Part shown: positions 15,082 to 24,225 of the stretch, in pieces | How positions within the stretch are numbered: position 1 is the stretch's first letter | Layout of the letters: each line of letters opens with the position of its first letter | From: a virus | Lineage: Duplodnaviria > Caudoviricetes | IMG/VR virus record: IMGVR_UViG_3300037423_000638 | Location: 1 to 35,715 of that record | DNA: 35,715 nucleotides | Direction: 5' to 3' (one strand) | Made by a program: the position numbers and the translations under genes | Notes under the pieces: model-generated | What the model saw: the letters and a program-made list of their open reading frames with translations, nothing else | What the model was told of the DNA's origin: nothing | The model's database searches: none

Positions 15082-16286
15082 CAGCCCCCCGGATAGTCAT
15101 TGACCGGCACGCCCGTGAACGGATTGGTTGGCGGTGGCTGCTGGCCCGTCGAGCCGAACCCGACGTAGTTCCCGTTGGCGTCAAAGCCTGGGTAATTGGA
15201 CAGGTTCATCGCCACATCCACCCCGGCGGCTTTCGACATCGCGGAGAGCTGGTTGTTCACGTTCTGGATGATCTGGGCGATGGCTTGCGTCTTGGAGGTC
15301 GCATCCATCTTGTCGTTGTTCTGCAATTGCGAGATCGCCGCCACCGCTTGATTGAAGATCGTCGCGGCCTGCGAATTGGTCTGGATCACAAGCTGATTCT
15401 TGTTCTGCATGTCCTGCAGCGTCGTGCGGGTCTGCGCATCCAGCCCGGCGGTGTATTTCTGCGTGTCGGCGTTCAGTTGGGCGATCTGCTTTTGGGTGTC
15501 CGATTGCAGACCCGCGATCCCGAGCTGGTTGGCCAGTTGCGCCTTCTGCATGGCCATCTGGTTCTGGATGTCGGCGTTGTATCCACCCGCCTTGGCAAAC
15601 GTCGCCGCATCGGCCTGCGCAATCGGAATCGCTGCCGCAAAGGCCGCCTTGTCCGCCGCCGTGGTCGCCAGGGTCGAATTCGACAGGCCCCGCGCATTCA
15701 TCTCATCGACGGCATCGGCGCGGGCCGAAGCGATGATGGGGTTGTTGGGGTTGATGATGGACTGGATGCGCCCTTCAACCGTCTGTTCGGGTGTCACTTT
15801 CCATGCGGTGTAATTCGAGTTACCGCGCCCACCCGCGACGATGCCACTACCACCACCCGATGAAGCAGGTGCCGGCGCTGGACTCGGTGCTCCGGTAGAA
15901 GGTGCCGCTGTCGGCGCGCCGAGCCCGTCGATCCAGTTGCGCACATCCTGCTGGGTGCCGTTTTCCACGTCGACCGGCATGCCGAACGCGGTCTTTGGCG
16001 AGATCATCTGGCCATACTTCTGTTGGTAGTAGTCGTTGGCATAGACGTCATTTCCCGATGCGTTCTGCACCCTGTTGACGACACCTGCGTCATACGTTTG
16101 GCCATTGGCCGCCGTGTAGCTTCCGTCTGCGTTGATCGCGCCGGACACGATGCCGGGAGTCGCTCCGGGGCTGGGTGTGCCGACAATGGGCACCCAGCCC
16201 TTGGCCGGGTTAAGGCTGAAGCCTTGGGGGCCACCCGGTACCGCCGCTGGTGCCGCCCCCCATTTGGGGTCAACGAATCCTGTCAT
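15081..16286 (-). CDS. internal virion / ejection protein
   Basis: MNARGLSNSTLA motif followed by an Ala/Gln-rich coiled coil, typical of podophage ejection proteins. Confidence 0.7.
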   Translation of the reverse strand: MTGFVDPKWGAAPAAVPGGPQGFSLNPAKGWVPIVGTPSPGATPGIVSGAINADGSYTAANGQTYDAGVVNRVQNASGNDVYANDYYQQKYGQMISPKTAFGMPVDVENGTQQDVRNWIDGLGAPTAAPSTGAPSPAPAPASSGGGSGIVAGGRGNSNYTAWKVTPEQTVEGRIQSIINPNNPIIASARADAVDEMNARGLSNSTLATTAADKAAFAAAIPIAQADAATFAKAGGYNADIQNQMAMQKAQLANQLGIAGLQSDTQKQIAQLNADTQKYTAGLDAQTRTTLQDMQNKNQLVIQTNSQAATIFNQAVAAISQLQNNDKMDATSKTQAIAQIIQNVNNQLSAMSKAAGVDVAMNLSNYPGFDANGNYVGFGSTGQQPPPTNPFTGVPVNDYPGG

Positions 16287-16468
16287 GTCTGCTCCTTCTC
16301 ATCGGTCAGTGGCTTGGCCAGCAGTGCTGCGGTCTGCGCGCCTTCCATGCGTTCCAGCGTCGCCAGCGCCCATTCGAGTTCGGCCCGGTCGCGCCGGTCG
16401 AAGGCGTTGCGCACCACCTGCGCCAGCCGCCTTACGGTCCATCCAGCGGGTCGTACTGGCGCTTCCAT
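16283..16468 (-). CDS. small hypothetical protein (61 aa)
   Basis: Fills the gap between Rz and the next gene; its stop overlaps the next ATG. Confidence 0.4.
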   Translation of the reverse strand: MEAPVRPAGWTVRRLAQVVRNAFDRRDRAELEWALATLERMEGAQTAALLAKPLTDEKEQT

Positions 16469-17049
16469 AGCAGCAGCGTGTCGCGACAGATCGAGTACGC
16501 ATCGTTCACCTCCTGCGCTTCGTTCAGCAGGCGGGTGATGAGGGCCGTCAACGGTGCGGAGACGAAGCCGCCTGCGCTGCGCCCTGGCTGTAGTCCTTGA
16601 GTGCCCCCGGAAAGTAGCCCGGTGCCTTGGGCTCGGTCGCCAGCACCGCTGCGGGGATCGTCGGCAGCTTCGCTCGGGGCGCCTCCACCACTGCTCCCAC
16701 ATTGGCCGGCGGGGTCGAACAGGCGGCCACCGTGGCGAGCCACATCGTCAGCCAGAGCCAGTGCAGCCGCGCGGCTGTCCATCCTGCGTTTTTCATAGTC
16801 GGCTTCCTTGTCCGCTTGCATCTGGGCCACCTGACGCTCCAGCGCCAGTGCCCGCTTGGTCGCTGCGGCCAGCTTCTGCGCCGCTTCCAGTTGCAGCTCG
16901 TCGATGGCAAGCTGCATGCGGTTGTGTTCGGCCTCGCGCGCCTCGTTGGCGCACACCTGGCCGTAGCCGAAGAAGGCTGCCGTCAGCGCTAGCAGCATCG
17001 CCAGCAGGATGACCCAGCGCGTGGGTGACATCCATTCGAGCAGGCCCAT
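16432..17049 (-). CDS. Rz: i-spanin (Rz-like)
   Basis: N-terminal TM (WVILLAMLLALTAAFFGYG), long coiled coil, downstream of the endolysin, contains a nested lipoprotein. Confidence 0.85.
   Translation of the reverse strand: MGLLEWMSPTRWVILLAMLLALTAAFFGYGQVCANEAREAEHNRMQLAIDELQLEAAQKLAAATKRALALERQVAQMQADKEADYEKRRMDSRAAALALADDVARHGGRLFDPAGQCGSSGGGAPSEAADDPRSGAGDRAQGTGLLSGGTQGLQPGRSAGGFVSAPLTALITRLLNEAQEVNDAYSICRDTLLLWKRQYDPLDGP
16548..16796 (-). CDS. Rz1: o-spanin lipoprotein (Rz1-like), nested in Rz
   Basis: MKNAGWTAARLHWLWLTMWLATVAAC lipobox followed by a Pro-rich segment; embedded in another frame of Rz. Confidence 0.8.
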   Translation of the reverse strand: MKNAGWTAARLHWLWLTMWLATVAACSTPPANVGAVVEAPRAKLPTIPAAVLATEPKAPGYFPGALKDYSQGAAQAASSPHR

Positions 17050-17426
17050 CAGATGCCCTCGTCCGGCTTGAAGTCGGTCAGTGGAATCAGGCCTTGATCA
17101 CCATCCTCGTACAAAACGAAGACCGCGTCGCCATGCACCGCCCAGCACAAAAAGAAGTCCTTCCCCTCCACAATCGCTCGACCCTGGCGAAATTTGTCGC
17201 GCCAGTCCGGCTTGATCCGGGATAGCGTTCCAGCATGTACGCACGGACGATTCTGCAGGCGGATCACATCGTTACCGTTTCGGGTCACCATAGTCCTGAT
17301 GTCCTCCGCATGGGCGTGTGGGACCAACATGCCGACGGCAACCACCAGCGCGATTACCACTGTCATGCGGATCACAGCGGGCAGCGCTAGCCAGATATTC
17401 CAGACTTTGGCGAGGCGTTTCATCAT
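17049..17426 (-). CDS. exported/periplasmic hypothetical protein in the lysis cassette
   Basis: GGAAAGGTGA SD; hydrophobic segment ending VPHAHA; two Cys in the mature domain. Confidence 0.7.
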   Translation of the reverse strand: MMKRLAKVWNIWLALPAVIRMTVVIALVVAVGMLVPHAHAEDIRTMVTRNGNDVIRLQNRPCVHAGTLSRIKPDWRDKFRQGRAIVEGKDFFLCWAVHGDAVFVLYEDGDQGLIPLTDFKPDEGI

Positions 17427-17475
17427 TTCACCTTTCCTTGTTCGGTGATCCATTCCTGCAGTCCTTGCAGTCAGT

Positions 17476-18066
17476 TCAAGGCGCATCGCTTGTCTCCTTC
17501 GGCATGAGGCACAGCTCGTCTTCCTGCATGCGTCGAATGGGCTGTCCTTGGCAGTTGCTGCCTGCCTTGCGGCAGTCCTTGCCGCCATCGCGTATCCACA
17601 ATGTGATGGCCGCGCACCCCTCGTTGCGCTTGCCCTCGTTCAGCAGCCGGATCGCCGTGCTGTCGCGCGCCTTGGCTTTGCCCAGGTTGTGAACCATGTC
17701 CGCAATGCCCGCCTTGGCTGGCTCGGACAGCGTGGCCCACACCTCGGGCCGCAGGATGTCGCGCGCCTCGCGAAGATCGCTCTCGAAAAACTCGCGGTCG
17801 GCCGCTTGGCATTGGGCGGCGGTGAGCGTCATGCCCTTGTAGATCGGACGACCCTCGTACACGGTCAGGCCCTTGCAGATGGTCCATATGCCAGCGCCGT
17901 CGCGGTAGGCCGTCAGGCGCAACCCTTCCTTTTCGGTGGCGAACTGGTCCAGCAAGGCGGGTGCACTGGCACCTGCGGCGATGAGCGCCACCATGACCGC
18001 ACTCAAGCCGGTCTTGCGGTAGCGGCCGGGATCGCGGTTGCCCGGCGTCATGGCAACGTCAGGCAT
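17476..18066 (-). CDS. SAR endolysin, GH24 lysozyme
   Basis: Gly/Ala-rich SAR segment (GLSAVMVALIAAGASAPALL); E-x8-D-x5-T triad (EGLRLTAYRDGAGIWT); C-terminal KDC...NCQGQPIRR. Confidence 0.92.
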   Translation of the reverse strand: MPDVAMTPGNRDPGRYRKTGLSAVMVALIAAGASAPALLDQFATEKEGLRLTAYRDGAGIWTICKGLTVYEGRPIYKGMTLTAAQCQAADREFFESDLREARDILRPEVWATLSEPAKAGIADMVHNLGKAKARDSTAIRLLNEGKRNEGCAAITLWIRDGGKDCRKAGSNCQGQPIRRMQEDELCLMPKETSDAP

Positions 18067-18262
18067 CTTCTTTGGCCTTGCCGCGCACGAACGGCGCGAG
18101 CGAAGTGATCAGGCCAATCACCACCAGCCGCAACCACACCGGGATTTGGTCGGAAAATGGCAGCGGCACGCCCGACGAAACGAGCACTTCCGCGCCGCTC
18201 ATCACAACCGCCAAGGCCCACAGTGCGAGCCTCTTCGGATTGGCTTTGACGCTTTCGATCAT
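18059..18262 (-). CDS. holin (2 TM, pinholin-like)
   Basis: 67 aa, two hydrophobic helices, charged C-terminus (RGKAKEDA), directly upstream of the endolysin. Confidence 0.65.
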   Translation of the reverse strand: MIESVKANPKRLALWALAVVMSGAEVLVSSGVPLPFSDQIPVWLRLVVIGLITSLAPFVRGKAKEDA

Positions 18263-18498
18263 GGCGTCCACCTGATATGCGACAGGCCCCAAGTGATGAC
18301 GCCGCCCAGCGCCGATGCCGCGCCGCCGAGGGCAACCAGCAAGCGCCAGCCTCCTTTGGCTTCGGCAAGTTGCAATCGAATGGCCTGCATGTCCTCGCTC
18401 ATGGCCTGCAAGAGCAGCGTCTTTTGACGATCGGACTCAAGCAATTGGGAAACTTGCGCCCTGATCTGCCCGAACTCCATCGGATCGATATCGCTCAT
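18259..18498 (-). CDS. coiled-coil plus C-terminal TM protein (holin/antiholin-like)
   Basis: 79 aa; AKGGWRLLVALGGAASALGGVITW TM; first gene of the lysis cassette. Confidence 0.7.
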   Translation of the reverse strand: MSDIDPMEFGQIRAQVSQLLESDRQKTLLLQAMSEDMQAIRLQLAEAKGGWRLLVALGGAASALGGVITWGLSHIRWTP

Positions 18499-18519
18499 TG
18501 CGGCCCTCCTGCGGGGGTT

Positions 18520-18846
18520 TCAGTTAACCAGCGCGAACAGTCGCGCGGTCTGCGTTTCGCTCAGGCCCATCCTGGCGCCCCACTCGATGCGCGCCTGCTC
18601 CGTGGCCGCGACTTGGGCAGCCGCCACAGCCGCCAGCGCCGCGTCGTGGGCCGCTTTACGCTCGGCGCTGAACGCCAGCGCGTCGCCTTCACGCACCATC
18701 CCGCCGAGCACGAAACCTTCTTGCGGAATTGGCCCGTCCACCGAGTCATCCCACAGCACGCGCGATGGATCGAAGTAGGAGCCGCCGTCGCCCAGGGTGA
18801 TCAGATCCTGCTCGCCGGTTGGGGTATCTACGAGAAGCTGTCTCAT
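18520..18846 (-). CDS. hypothetical protein, probable tail-fibre assembly chaperone
   Basis: ATGA-coupled to the tail fibre gene; 108 aa. Confidence 0.6.
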   Translation of the reverse strand: MRQLLVDTPTGEQDLITLGDGGSYFDPSRVLWDDSVDGPIPQEGFVLGGMVREGDALAFSAERKAAHDAALAAVAAAQVAATEQARIEWGARMGLSETQTARLFALVN

Positions 18847-19967
18847 GTGCCAACCTTTCTGACCGCGAAAACCGCTATCGGGCTGGTGCCTAAGTTCGCA
18901 CCGTTACCGTGGGGCCTGATGACGTCGCCCGCGTTGAAGTACATGACTCGACTCAAGGACCATCCCTGATTCACCGAGTTGTCCCACTGCCCATACAAGA
19001 TGCGCGAGCTCGCAGTGATCGAATCAAGGTCCGTGGTTGGCGTCGTCGTGTTGACGCTGGCTCCGATCTTCAGTGCCGCCGTAGCGCCAAACGGCCCGTT
19101 CAGATAGACCTGGTACAGACCGGCGCGGTTGGTGGTGAAACTCGCGCCCAATGTCGCGGAGTCCGCATAGGTAATATCGGTACCAGTGCTGCTCTGCACC
19201 GTGGTGAATCGCGCAATCTTCGTGTTGGTGCTGCCCCACCCATTGGGCGTCGTTACCGCCACGGCGTGATCACCTGCGCCGAGCGAGGCCCCGTTGGCTC
19301 GCGTGTAGCTGGTGCAATACACCGTCGTGCCGTCTGATTCATAAGTGGCGATGTCGCCTGCGGCCGTGGTGATGTTCACCGCGCCCGGCAGCTTGTTCGT
19401 GGTGGCGTTGTGCGTGAGCGTCAGCGCCCCATCGAAAATCACCGTGCGCGGCCCGCGCGTCAGGGTCACGCCGATAATCGTTGTCGTGCCGGTGACGTGA
19501 ACGCGGTTGCCCGTGGCCGCATCCAGGTTCAATGTCGCCGCGCTGGCGATGTTCGCCCCCGTGGGCATATCCACCAGTTGATCGCCCGGCAGTACCCCAT
19601 AGCTCACCGTCCACACCGCGTAGGTGCCGCTGCCGTAGCTCTCGGAGACCTGCACCACCAATGACCCCGTGGCCGTGTCATACGAGGTGACGGTCCCGAT
19701 CATTCGCGTGGCTGGAGCCGTGGTGTACGCGATCACCACAGTCTGGCCCGCGAAGATGGAGCGGTCGGTCTGGATCGTCAGCGTTTTCGGGCCGGTGCCA
19801 ATACTCAGGCTGGTCGTACTCGTTCCGCTGACCAAGGTCGGGTCCAGCGCATCCGACACGCCATCGAAAGCGGTCTGGATCAGCCCGAACTCGGTGCGCA
19901 GATCGGCGGACAGGGCGCGGCTGATCGCCGTCGGCTTGCCGGTGGTGGTATAGAACTGGTTGGTCAT
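18843..19967 (-). CDS. tail fibre protein
   Basis: ATG 19967 overlaps the nozzle stop; N-terminal SADLRTEFGLIQTAFD attachment helix; Thr/Gly/Ser-rich beta segments. Confidence 0.8.
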   Translation of the reverse strand: MTNQFYTTTGKPTAISRALSADLRTEFGLIQTAFDGVSDALDPTLVSGTSTTSLSIGTGPKTLTIQTDRSIFAGQTVVIAYTTAPATRMIGTVTSYDTATGSLVVQVSESYGSGTYAVWTVSYGVLPGDQLVDMPTGANIASAATLNLDAATGNRVHVTGTTTIIGVTLTRGPRTVIFDGALTLTHNATTNKLPGAVNITTAAGDIATYESDGTTVYCTSYTRANGASLGAGDHAVAVTTPNGWGSTNTKIARFTTVQSSTGTDITYADSATLGASFTTNRAGLYQVYLNGPFGATAALKIGASVNTTTPTTDLDSITASSRILYGQWDNSVNQGWSLSRVMYFNAGDVIRPHGNGANLGTSPIAVFAVRKVGT

Positions 19968-22297
19968 TGACTGCCTCGCGTGAGGTGGCGCTGCGTGTAC
20001 AACAAGGAAACCCCCTGCCAGGTCGTGGGGTCGTCCATCGCGGAGTTGCCGTAAACCACGAAGCCGATGTTGTTGTCGGACCCGTCGATGGAGATTTCCG
20101 GCTGCGTCAGGACGGCCGCATCCCAGGTGAAGCCTTCCCAATACACGCCTTGCGCGTCCCAGTACGCCCCGCCGCCGGTCAGTTGCTGCGCCGCTTCGGC
20201 CGCTGCGGGTTGCACGTTCGGATTGGCGTAGCCCAGGTCATAGCCGATCACGTTGCTGGCGTAGCCCTCGCAGTCGGCCTCGAACACGGCGCGGCGAAAG
20301 CGCTTGTTCACGCGCGGCGAACCGATGTTGTTGAAGGCCGGACGGAACCAATGCTCGATGGCGTCACCGTCAAAGCTGGTCCCGACGTTGTCCTCGAACA
20401 CCCAGCCGTCATCCGACCCGAAGAAGGTTCGCTCCTGCTCGGTCGTCCACAGCGAGTTCCAGGCGCAGCGCACCACATCGGGATACAGCAGCGGCAGGAT
20501 GCCGGAGAGCTTTTCGCCGGTCAGCCCGCACACCAAAGCCGTGCCGTCGGTGAAATAGACGCGGTACTGGTTCTTGGACAGCAGCGTGACCGACGCGCAG
20601 GCCGCGCTGAATTTGCCATCCAGCAGGGGCTGCACATTGAACGACAGCGCCGCGAAGTTGAAGTCGCCGTAGTTCAGCGTCGTGATCAGGGACTGCACCC
20701 CCCGCGCCGTCAGCCCGTAGGTGTTGTTCGACACCGGCTGCACGGTGTACGCCTTGTAGCCCATCGCGTAGACCGAGGGCACGAGGTTGAAGTCCGTCGA
20801 ACTGGAGCCGTACAGAATCGAGGTCTTGCCTTCGGTGAAGATCGCCAGCGAGGCCCCAGCCGAATTGCCGGTCTGCGGCATCAGCGCCGTCACCGCATCG
20901 CCCATTCCGATCTCGGCGGCACCCGTGAGGGCCGTCCAGGCGTAGGGGTTGTTCGTGGTGCTGTACTCCACCTTCGAGGCAAAGGAATAGAACAGCTTGT
21001 TCTTGTGCACCGCGACGTGCGTCGGGGTGTCCGTGGTCTGCCCGGTGTGGATCGGCACGTAGCGGGTGCCATCGAACTCGAAGCCGACGTTGACGCCATC
21101 GGCCCCGTAGGCTTTCCTGGTGGTCGACGAACCGGTGAAGTTGCCGATAACCGTTTCAACCCGACCGCCTGGCTGGCGGGTGATTGCGCTGCTGGCCCCA
21201 TTGGCTTGCGCCTGCGCGTTGCTGGAAACCTGCAAGGTCTCGCCGCTAGTGAATGGCCCCGATGTGATGGAGTCGAAAACAATCGACCCCACAGGGCTGC
21301 TGGTCCAGGTGCCCGCCCGCAGCAACACGGCCCGCGCAACGGCGCTCGCTCCGGAAGTCGCCCCGGTCACGGTATCGCCGACACTGATCCCGGTGGCTGA
21401 ATTGAGCGTGGCGGTGTGCGTGCCAGACTGCGTGCCCGATGTGTTGATGGCCGCCCCGCCCGAGGTCGCGGCCAGCTCGAACGTGTTGGCCGTGCGGGCT
21501 ACAACGTAATAGGTCGTTCCCGCCGTCAGCCCCGTGGGCAGCGCCCCAGTGGTGGACAGCACCACGCTTTGCCCGTTGGCCAGACCGTGGTTGTTCCAGG
21601 TCACGACCCCGGGGCTTGCGATCGTGATCGTGACGGTGGAGGAAACGGCTTGGAACAGCAGCTCGAAGCCGAAACTCACCTGCGTCCAGCCGCCGGCCGT
21701 GGACTTATACAGGTTGCCTGCCGTGGCCCCGACGTTGTCGCGGAAGGCGTAAACGACATCGGCCAGCACGAACACGCCGCGAATGGCCCCGGAGCCGGGA
21801 ACGGCTGCGATGTCGGCGCGCCGGTCATTGGCCGCCAGCAGCCGCCAGGTCGCGTCCAGCACCAGCGAGGGTGCGCCGCTTTCCGCTGACACCGCATTGG
21901 CTACCGCCTGCGTCACGCCAGCAACTTGCAGGTTCTCGCCGCTGCTGTAGGTGCCGGTGACGCGGCCGAGCACGATGTAGGTCAGCCCCGACGCAGTAGC
22001 GGTGGCCAACACTTTGCCGGTAGCCCCGGAGGTCGCCCCGGTCAGCGTGTCCCCGGCGTTCACGGTCCCCGTGATGCTCGCCTCCAGCGCCCAATAAGTG
22101 ACCGATGTCGGCGAGGTCTGGCCGTCGAAGCGCTCGTAACCGTTGATCCTGCGATAGCCGCCCACGGGCGTGGGTTCGTAGTTCTGCGCGTCGAACACCT
22201 TGCCTGGGCTCAGGCGGATACGCGGGGTGACCAGATCCAATCCACCCGTGAACGCCTTGTAATCGGCTTTGGTGTCCGAAAAGCGCGGGCGCTGCAT
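19964..22297 (-). CDS. tail nozzle / tail tubular protein B-like, with inserted beta modules
   Basis: 777 aa; FTGGLDL...GYRRINGYERFDG N-terminus and NKRFRRAVFE C-terminus; follows the adaptor gene. Confidence 0.8.
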   Translation of the reverse strand: MQRPRFSDTKADYKAFTGGLDLVTPRIRLSPGKVFDAQNYEPTPVGGYRRINGYERFDGQTSPTSVTYWALEASITGTVNAGDTLTGATSGATGKVLATATASGLTYIVLGRVTGTYSSGENLQVAGVTQAVANAVSAESGAPSLVLDATWRLLAANDRRADIAAVPGSGAIRGVFVLADVVYAFRDNVGATAGNLYKSTAGGWTQVSFGFELLFQAVSSTVTITIASPGVVTWNNHGLANGQSVVLSTTGALPTGLTAGTTYYVVARTANTFELAATSGGAAINTSGTQSGTHTATLNSATGISVGDTVTGATSGASAVARAVLLRAGTWTSSPVGSIVFDSITSGPFTSGETLQVSSNAQAQANGASSAITRQPGGRVETVIGNFTGSSTTRKAYGADGVNVGFEFDGTRYVPIHTGQTTDTPTHVAVHKNKLFYSFASKVEYSTTNNPYAWTALTGAAEIGMGDAVTALMPQTGNSAGASLAIFTEGKTSILYGSSSTDFNLVPSVYAMGYKAYTVQPVSNNTYGLTARGVQSLITTLNYGDFNFAALSFNVQPLLDGKFSAACASVTLLSKNQYRVYFTDGTALVCGLTGEKLSGILPLLYPDVVRCAWNSLWTTEQERTFFGSDDGWVFEDNVGTSFDGDAIEHWFRPAFNNIGSPRVNKRFRRAVFEADCEGYASNVIGYDLGYANPNVQPAAAEAAQQLTGGGAYWDAQGVYWEGFTWDAAVLTQPEISIDGSDNNIGFVVYGNSAMDDPTTWQGVSLLYTQRHLTRGSQ

Positions 22298-23043
22298 CAG
22301 ATCAGGCCCCCGGCCGTACGCAATCGAGGCGCCTGGTCCTTGACCAGTTGCATGAACATCTCACGGTACATCCCGGCCCCGAGGTCATAGATTTCCGGGG
22401 CCGACTCCGACACGCCGTAGTACTGCATCGCCTTGAAGACGATGAGGTCATGGAACTGCGACGGCATGTCGGGCACATCGTCGCCGTTGACCAGCGGAGT
22501 GGCCTGCCGGTAGTAGTCCCCCACCAGCGTGTATCCCGCCGACGCAATGGGACCAACCACCAGCGAGTTGTCCGGGGCCACGGCACACACCATGGGGCGC
22601 GAGTACGTCGTGCGCGTGGCACCAAAGAAGTAGGTGTCGCGCCACTCGTCGTATTCGACCGGGCGCATCGGCACTTCCGACGTCACCCCGGCAGCGGTGT
22701 CGTAGTTGCGGAAGGTGTCGCCGTTGTCGTAGTTCAGCGCCCAGTGGCCGAAGTCGGTCAGGGCGAAGTCGGTGCTCGGCGAGTAGGCCCCCTGCCCGTT
22801 GACCGTTTCGCAGGAGCATGAAGCGCGCATGAAGCGCCAGAACCGGTTCGCGCGCTGAATGTCCATCCACGCGCGCGAGGTCCACGTCAGCACCCGGGTG
22901 TACTCGGCGACCTGGTTGACGACATCGGTCGGCCCGGAGCCCGAGATGCGGCACTCCTGCCTGACCAGTTGGGCCAGTTCCAGGAAGGTCTTGCCGCCGG
23001 TATCGGTCGTCGCCGAGGTTCCGGGGTCGATGACGATGGTCAT
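22297..23043 (-). CDS. tail adaptor / tail tubular protein A-like
   Basis: TFLELAQLVRQEC...WRFM...DVPDMPSQFHDLIVFKAM pattern of head-tail adaptors; synteny. Confidence 0.75.
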   Translation of the reverse strand: MTIVIDPGTSATTDTGGKTFLELAQLVRQECRISGSGPTDVVNQVAEYTRVLTWTSRAWMDIQRANRFWRFMRASCSCETVNGQGAYSPSTDFALTDFGHWALNYDNGDTFRNYDTAAGVTSEVPMRPVEYDEWRDTYFFGATRTTYSRPMVCAVAPDNSLVVGPIASAGYTLVGDYYRQATPLVNGDDVPDMPSQFHDLIVFKAMQYYGVSESAPEIYDLGAGMYREMFMQLVKDQAPRLRTAGGLI

Positions 23044-23046
23044 GCG

Positions 23047-23634
23047 TTAGAACTGCGACAGCATCCGCTGATACCACTGCAGGCCGGCATCGCCTGCGGG
23101 ATCGTGGCGAACCACGAACGGCGCGACCGGCACGCTTTCGGCTTCGAGCACGTAGCCGTCCTGATTGGCCATCGGGGTCGGGGAGACTTCGCGCGTGCTG
23201 AAGTTCTCCTGGCGGCTCTTGGCCAGCACTTCGAGATACTTGCGCTTGACAGTGAGTTGCGTGCTCACCGGAAGATAGGTGAAGCGAATCCAGCGGCGCG
23301 CCTTGGGGTCGTACACCTCGGCCCCGACACCCTGCACGGCGCAGAAGACGTGTTTGGGCGCATTGCGGTCGGACGACGGCGTGATCACCACCGTCACGGG
23401 CTGCTCGTTGAACGCCAGCTCCTGCATGTACTGCGCCTTGGCTTCCTCAGGCGACATCGGCGAGAGGCCTTCGACATCGGTCTCGATGCCGGGAGCGAAC
23501 TCTTCGGCCAAGCGTTGGTTGATATCGATCGGGTCGCGCTTGTGGACCTTGACGTCGCCGGGGCCGATGACATCGGCAGTCGTGACAACGGGATGATGGA
23601 TGGCGTCGGAAGACGCAGTGCGGGCTCGCGGCAT
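23047..23634 (-). CDS. phage hypothetical protein (between capsid and tail genes)
   Basis: ATG 23634 with GAAAGG SD; strong GC3 bias. Confidence 0.75.
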   Translation of the reverse strand: MPRARTASSDAIHHPVVTTADVIGPGDVKVHKRDPIDINQRLAEEFAPGIETDVEGLSPMSPEEAKAQYMQELAFNEQPVTVVITPSSDRNAPKHVFCAVQGVGAEVYDPKARRWIRFTYLPVSTQLTVKRKYLEVLAKSRQENFSTREVSPTPMANQDGYVLEAESVPVAPFVVRHDPAGDAGLQWYQRMLSQF

Positions 23635-23658
23635 GTTGGCCTTTCGGTTGGTGGAATG

Positions 23659-23690
23659 AAAAAGGGGCACCGGAATGAACCGATGCCCCT
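23659..23690 (-). terminator. intrinsic terminator after the capsid/decoration genes
   Basis: Minus strand GGGGCATCGG-TTCATT-CCGGTGCCCC-TTTTT. Confidence 0.8.
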
Positions 23691-23708
23691 GCCTTGTGGC
23701 AACTGCGC

Positions 23709-24197
23709 TTAAGCGACCTGGGGCCGCGCCGGCAGGCCCAGCGCCACGTCATGGAAGCTGTAGGTCATGCCGGTGACCGAGCTGAGGTTGTTGGTGCCGA
23801 ACGTCCACGTCCCCGACAGCGTCGAGCCTGCCTTGAGCACGATGTAGCCGATGGGGCAATACAGGCTGGCGTCGATGGAGGGGAACTGCGGGGCCGAGAT
23901 GAAGGCCCCGGACACATCCAGCGCCTGCACCGAACCCTGCGCCGCCTTGACGTTGCCGGAGGTATCCAGCATCACCACGACGACGGTGCCCTGATTCGCG
24001 GACAGGGCCACGAAGGCAGCGCCCGTCGTGATGTCCGTGGTCGGGGTCGCGCCGTTGGTGATGGCGCCCTTGCTGTAGGCACTGCCACCGATGGCAAATG
24101 CCGTCGTGCCGGTGGTGCTGATGGTGGTCGTCGTGCCCGCAGCGAGCGTGCATTTCGACAGGCAGCCGGTGAGCGGCTGTGCAGCGAGAAAGTCCAT
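23709..24197 (-). CDS. capsid decoration-like protein 2
   Basis: Thr/Gly-rich beta protein, inside the terminator-bounded capsid unit, AGGAG SD. Confidence 0.7.
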   Translation of the reverse strand: MDFLAAQPLTGCLSKCTLAAGTTTTISTTGTTAFAIGGSAYSKGAITNGATPTTDITTGAAFVALSANQGTVVVVMLDTSGNVKAAQGSVQALDVSGAFISAPQFPSIDASLYCPIGYIVLKAGSTLSGTWTFGTNNLSSVTGMTYSFHDVALGLPARPQVA

Positions 24198-24225
24198 ATC
24201 TTTTCTCCTTGATGGACAGGTTTGG

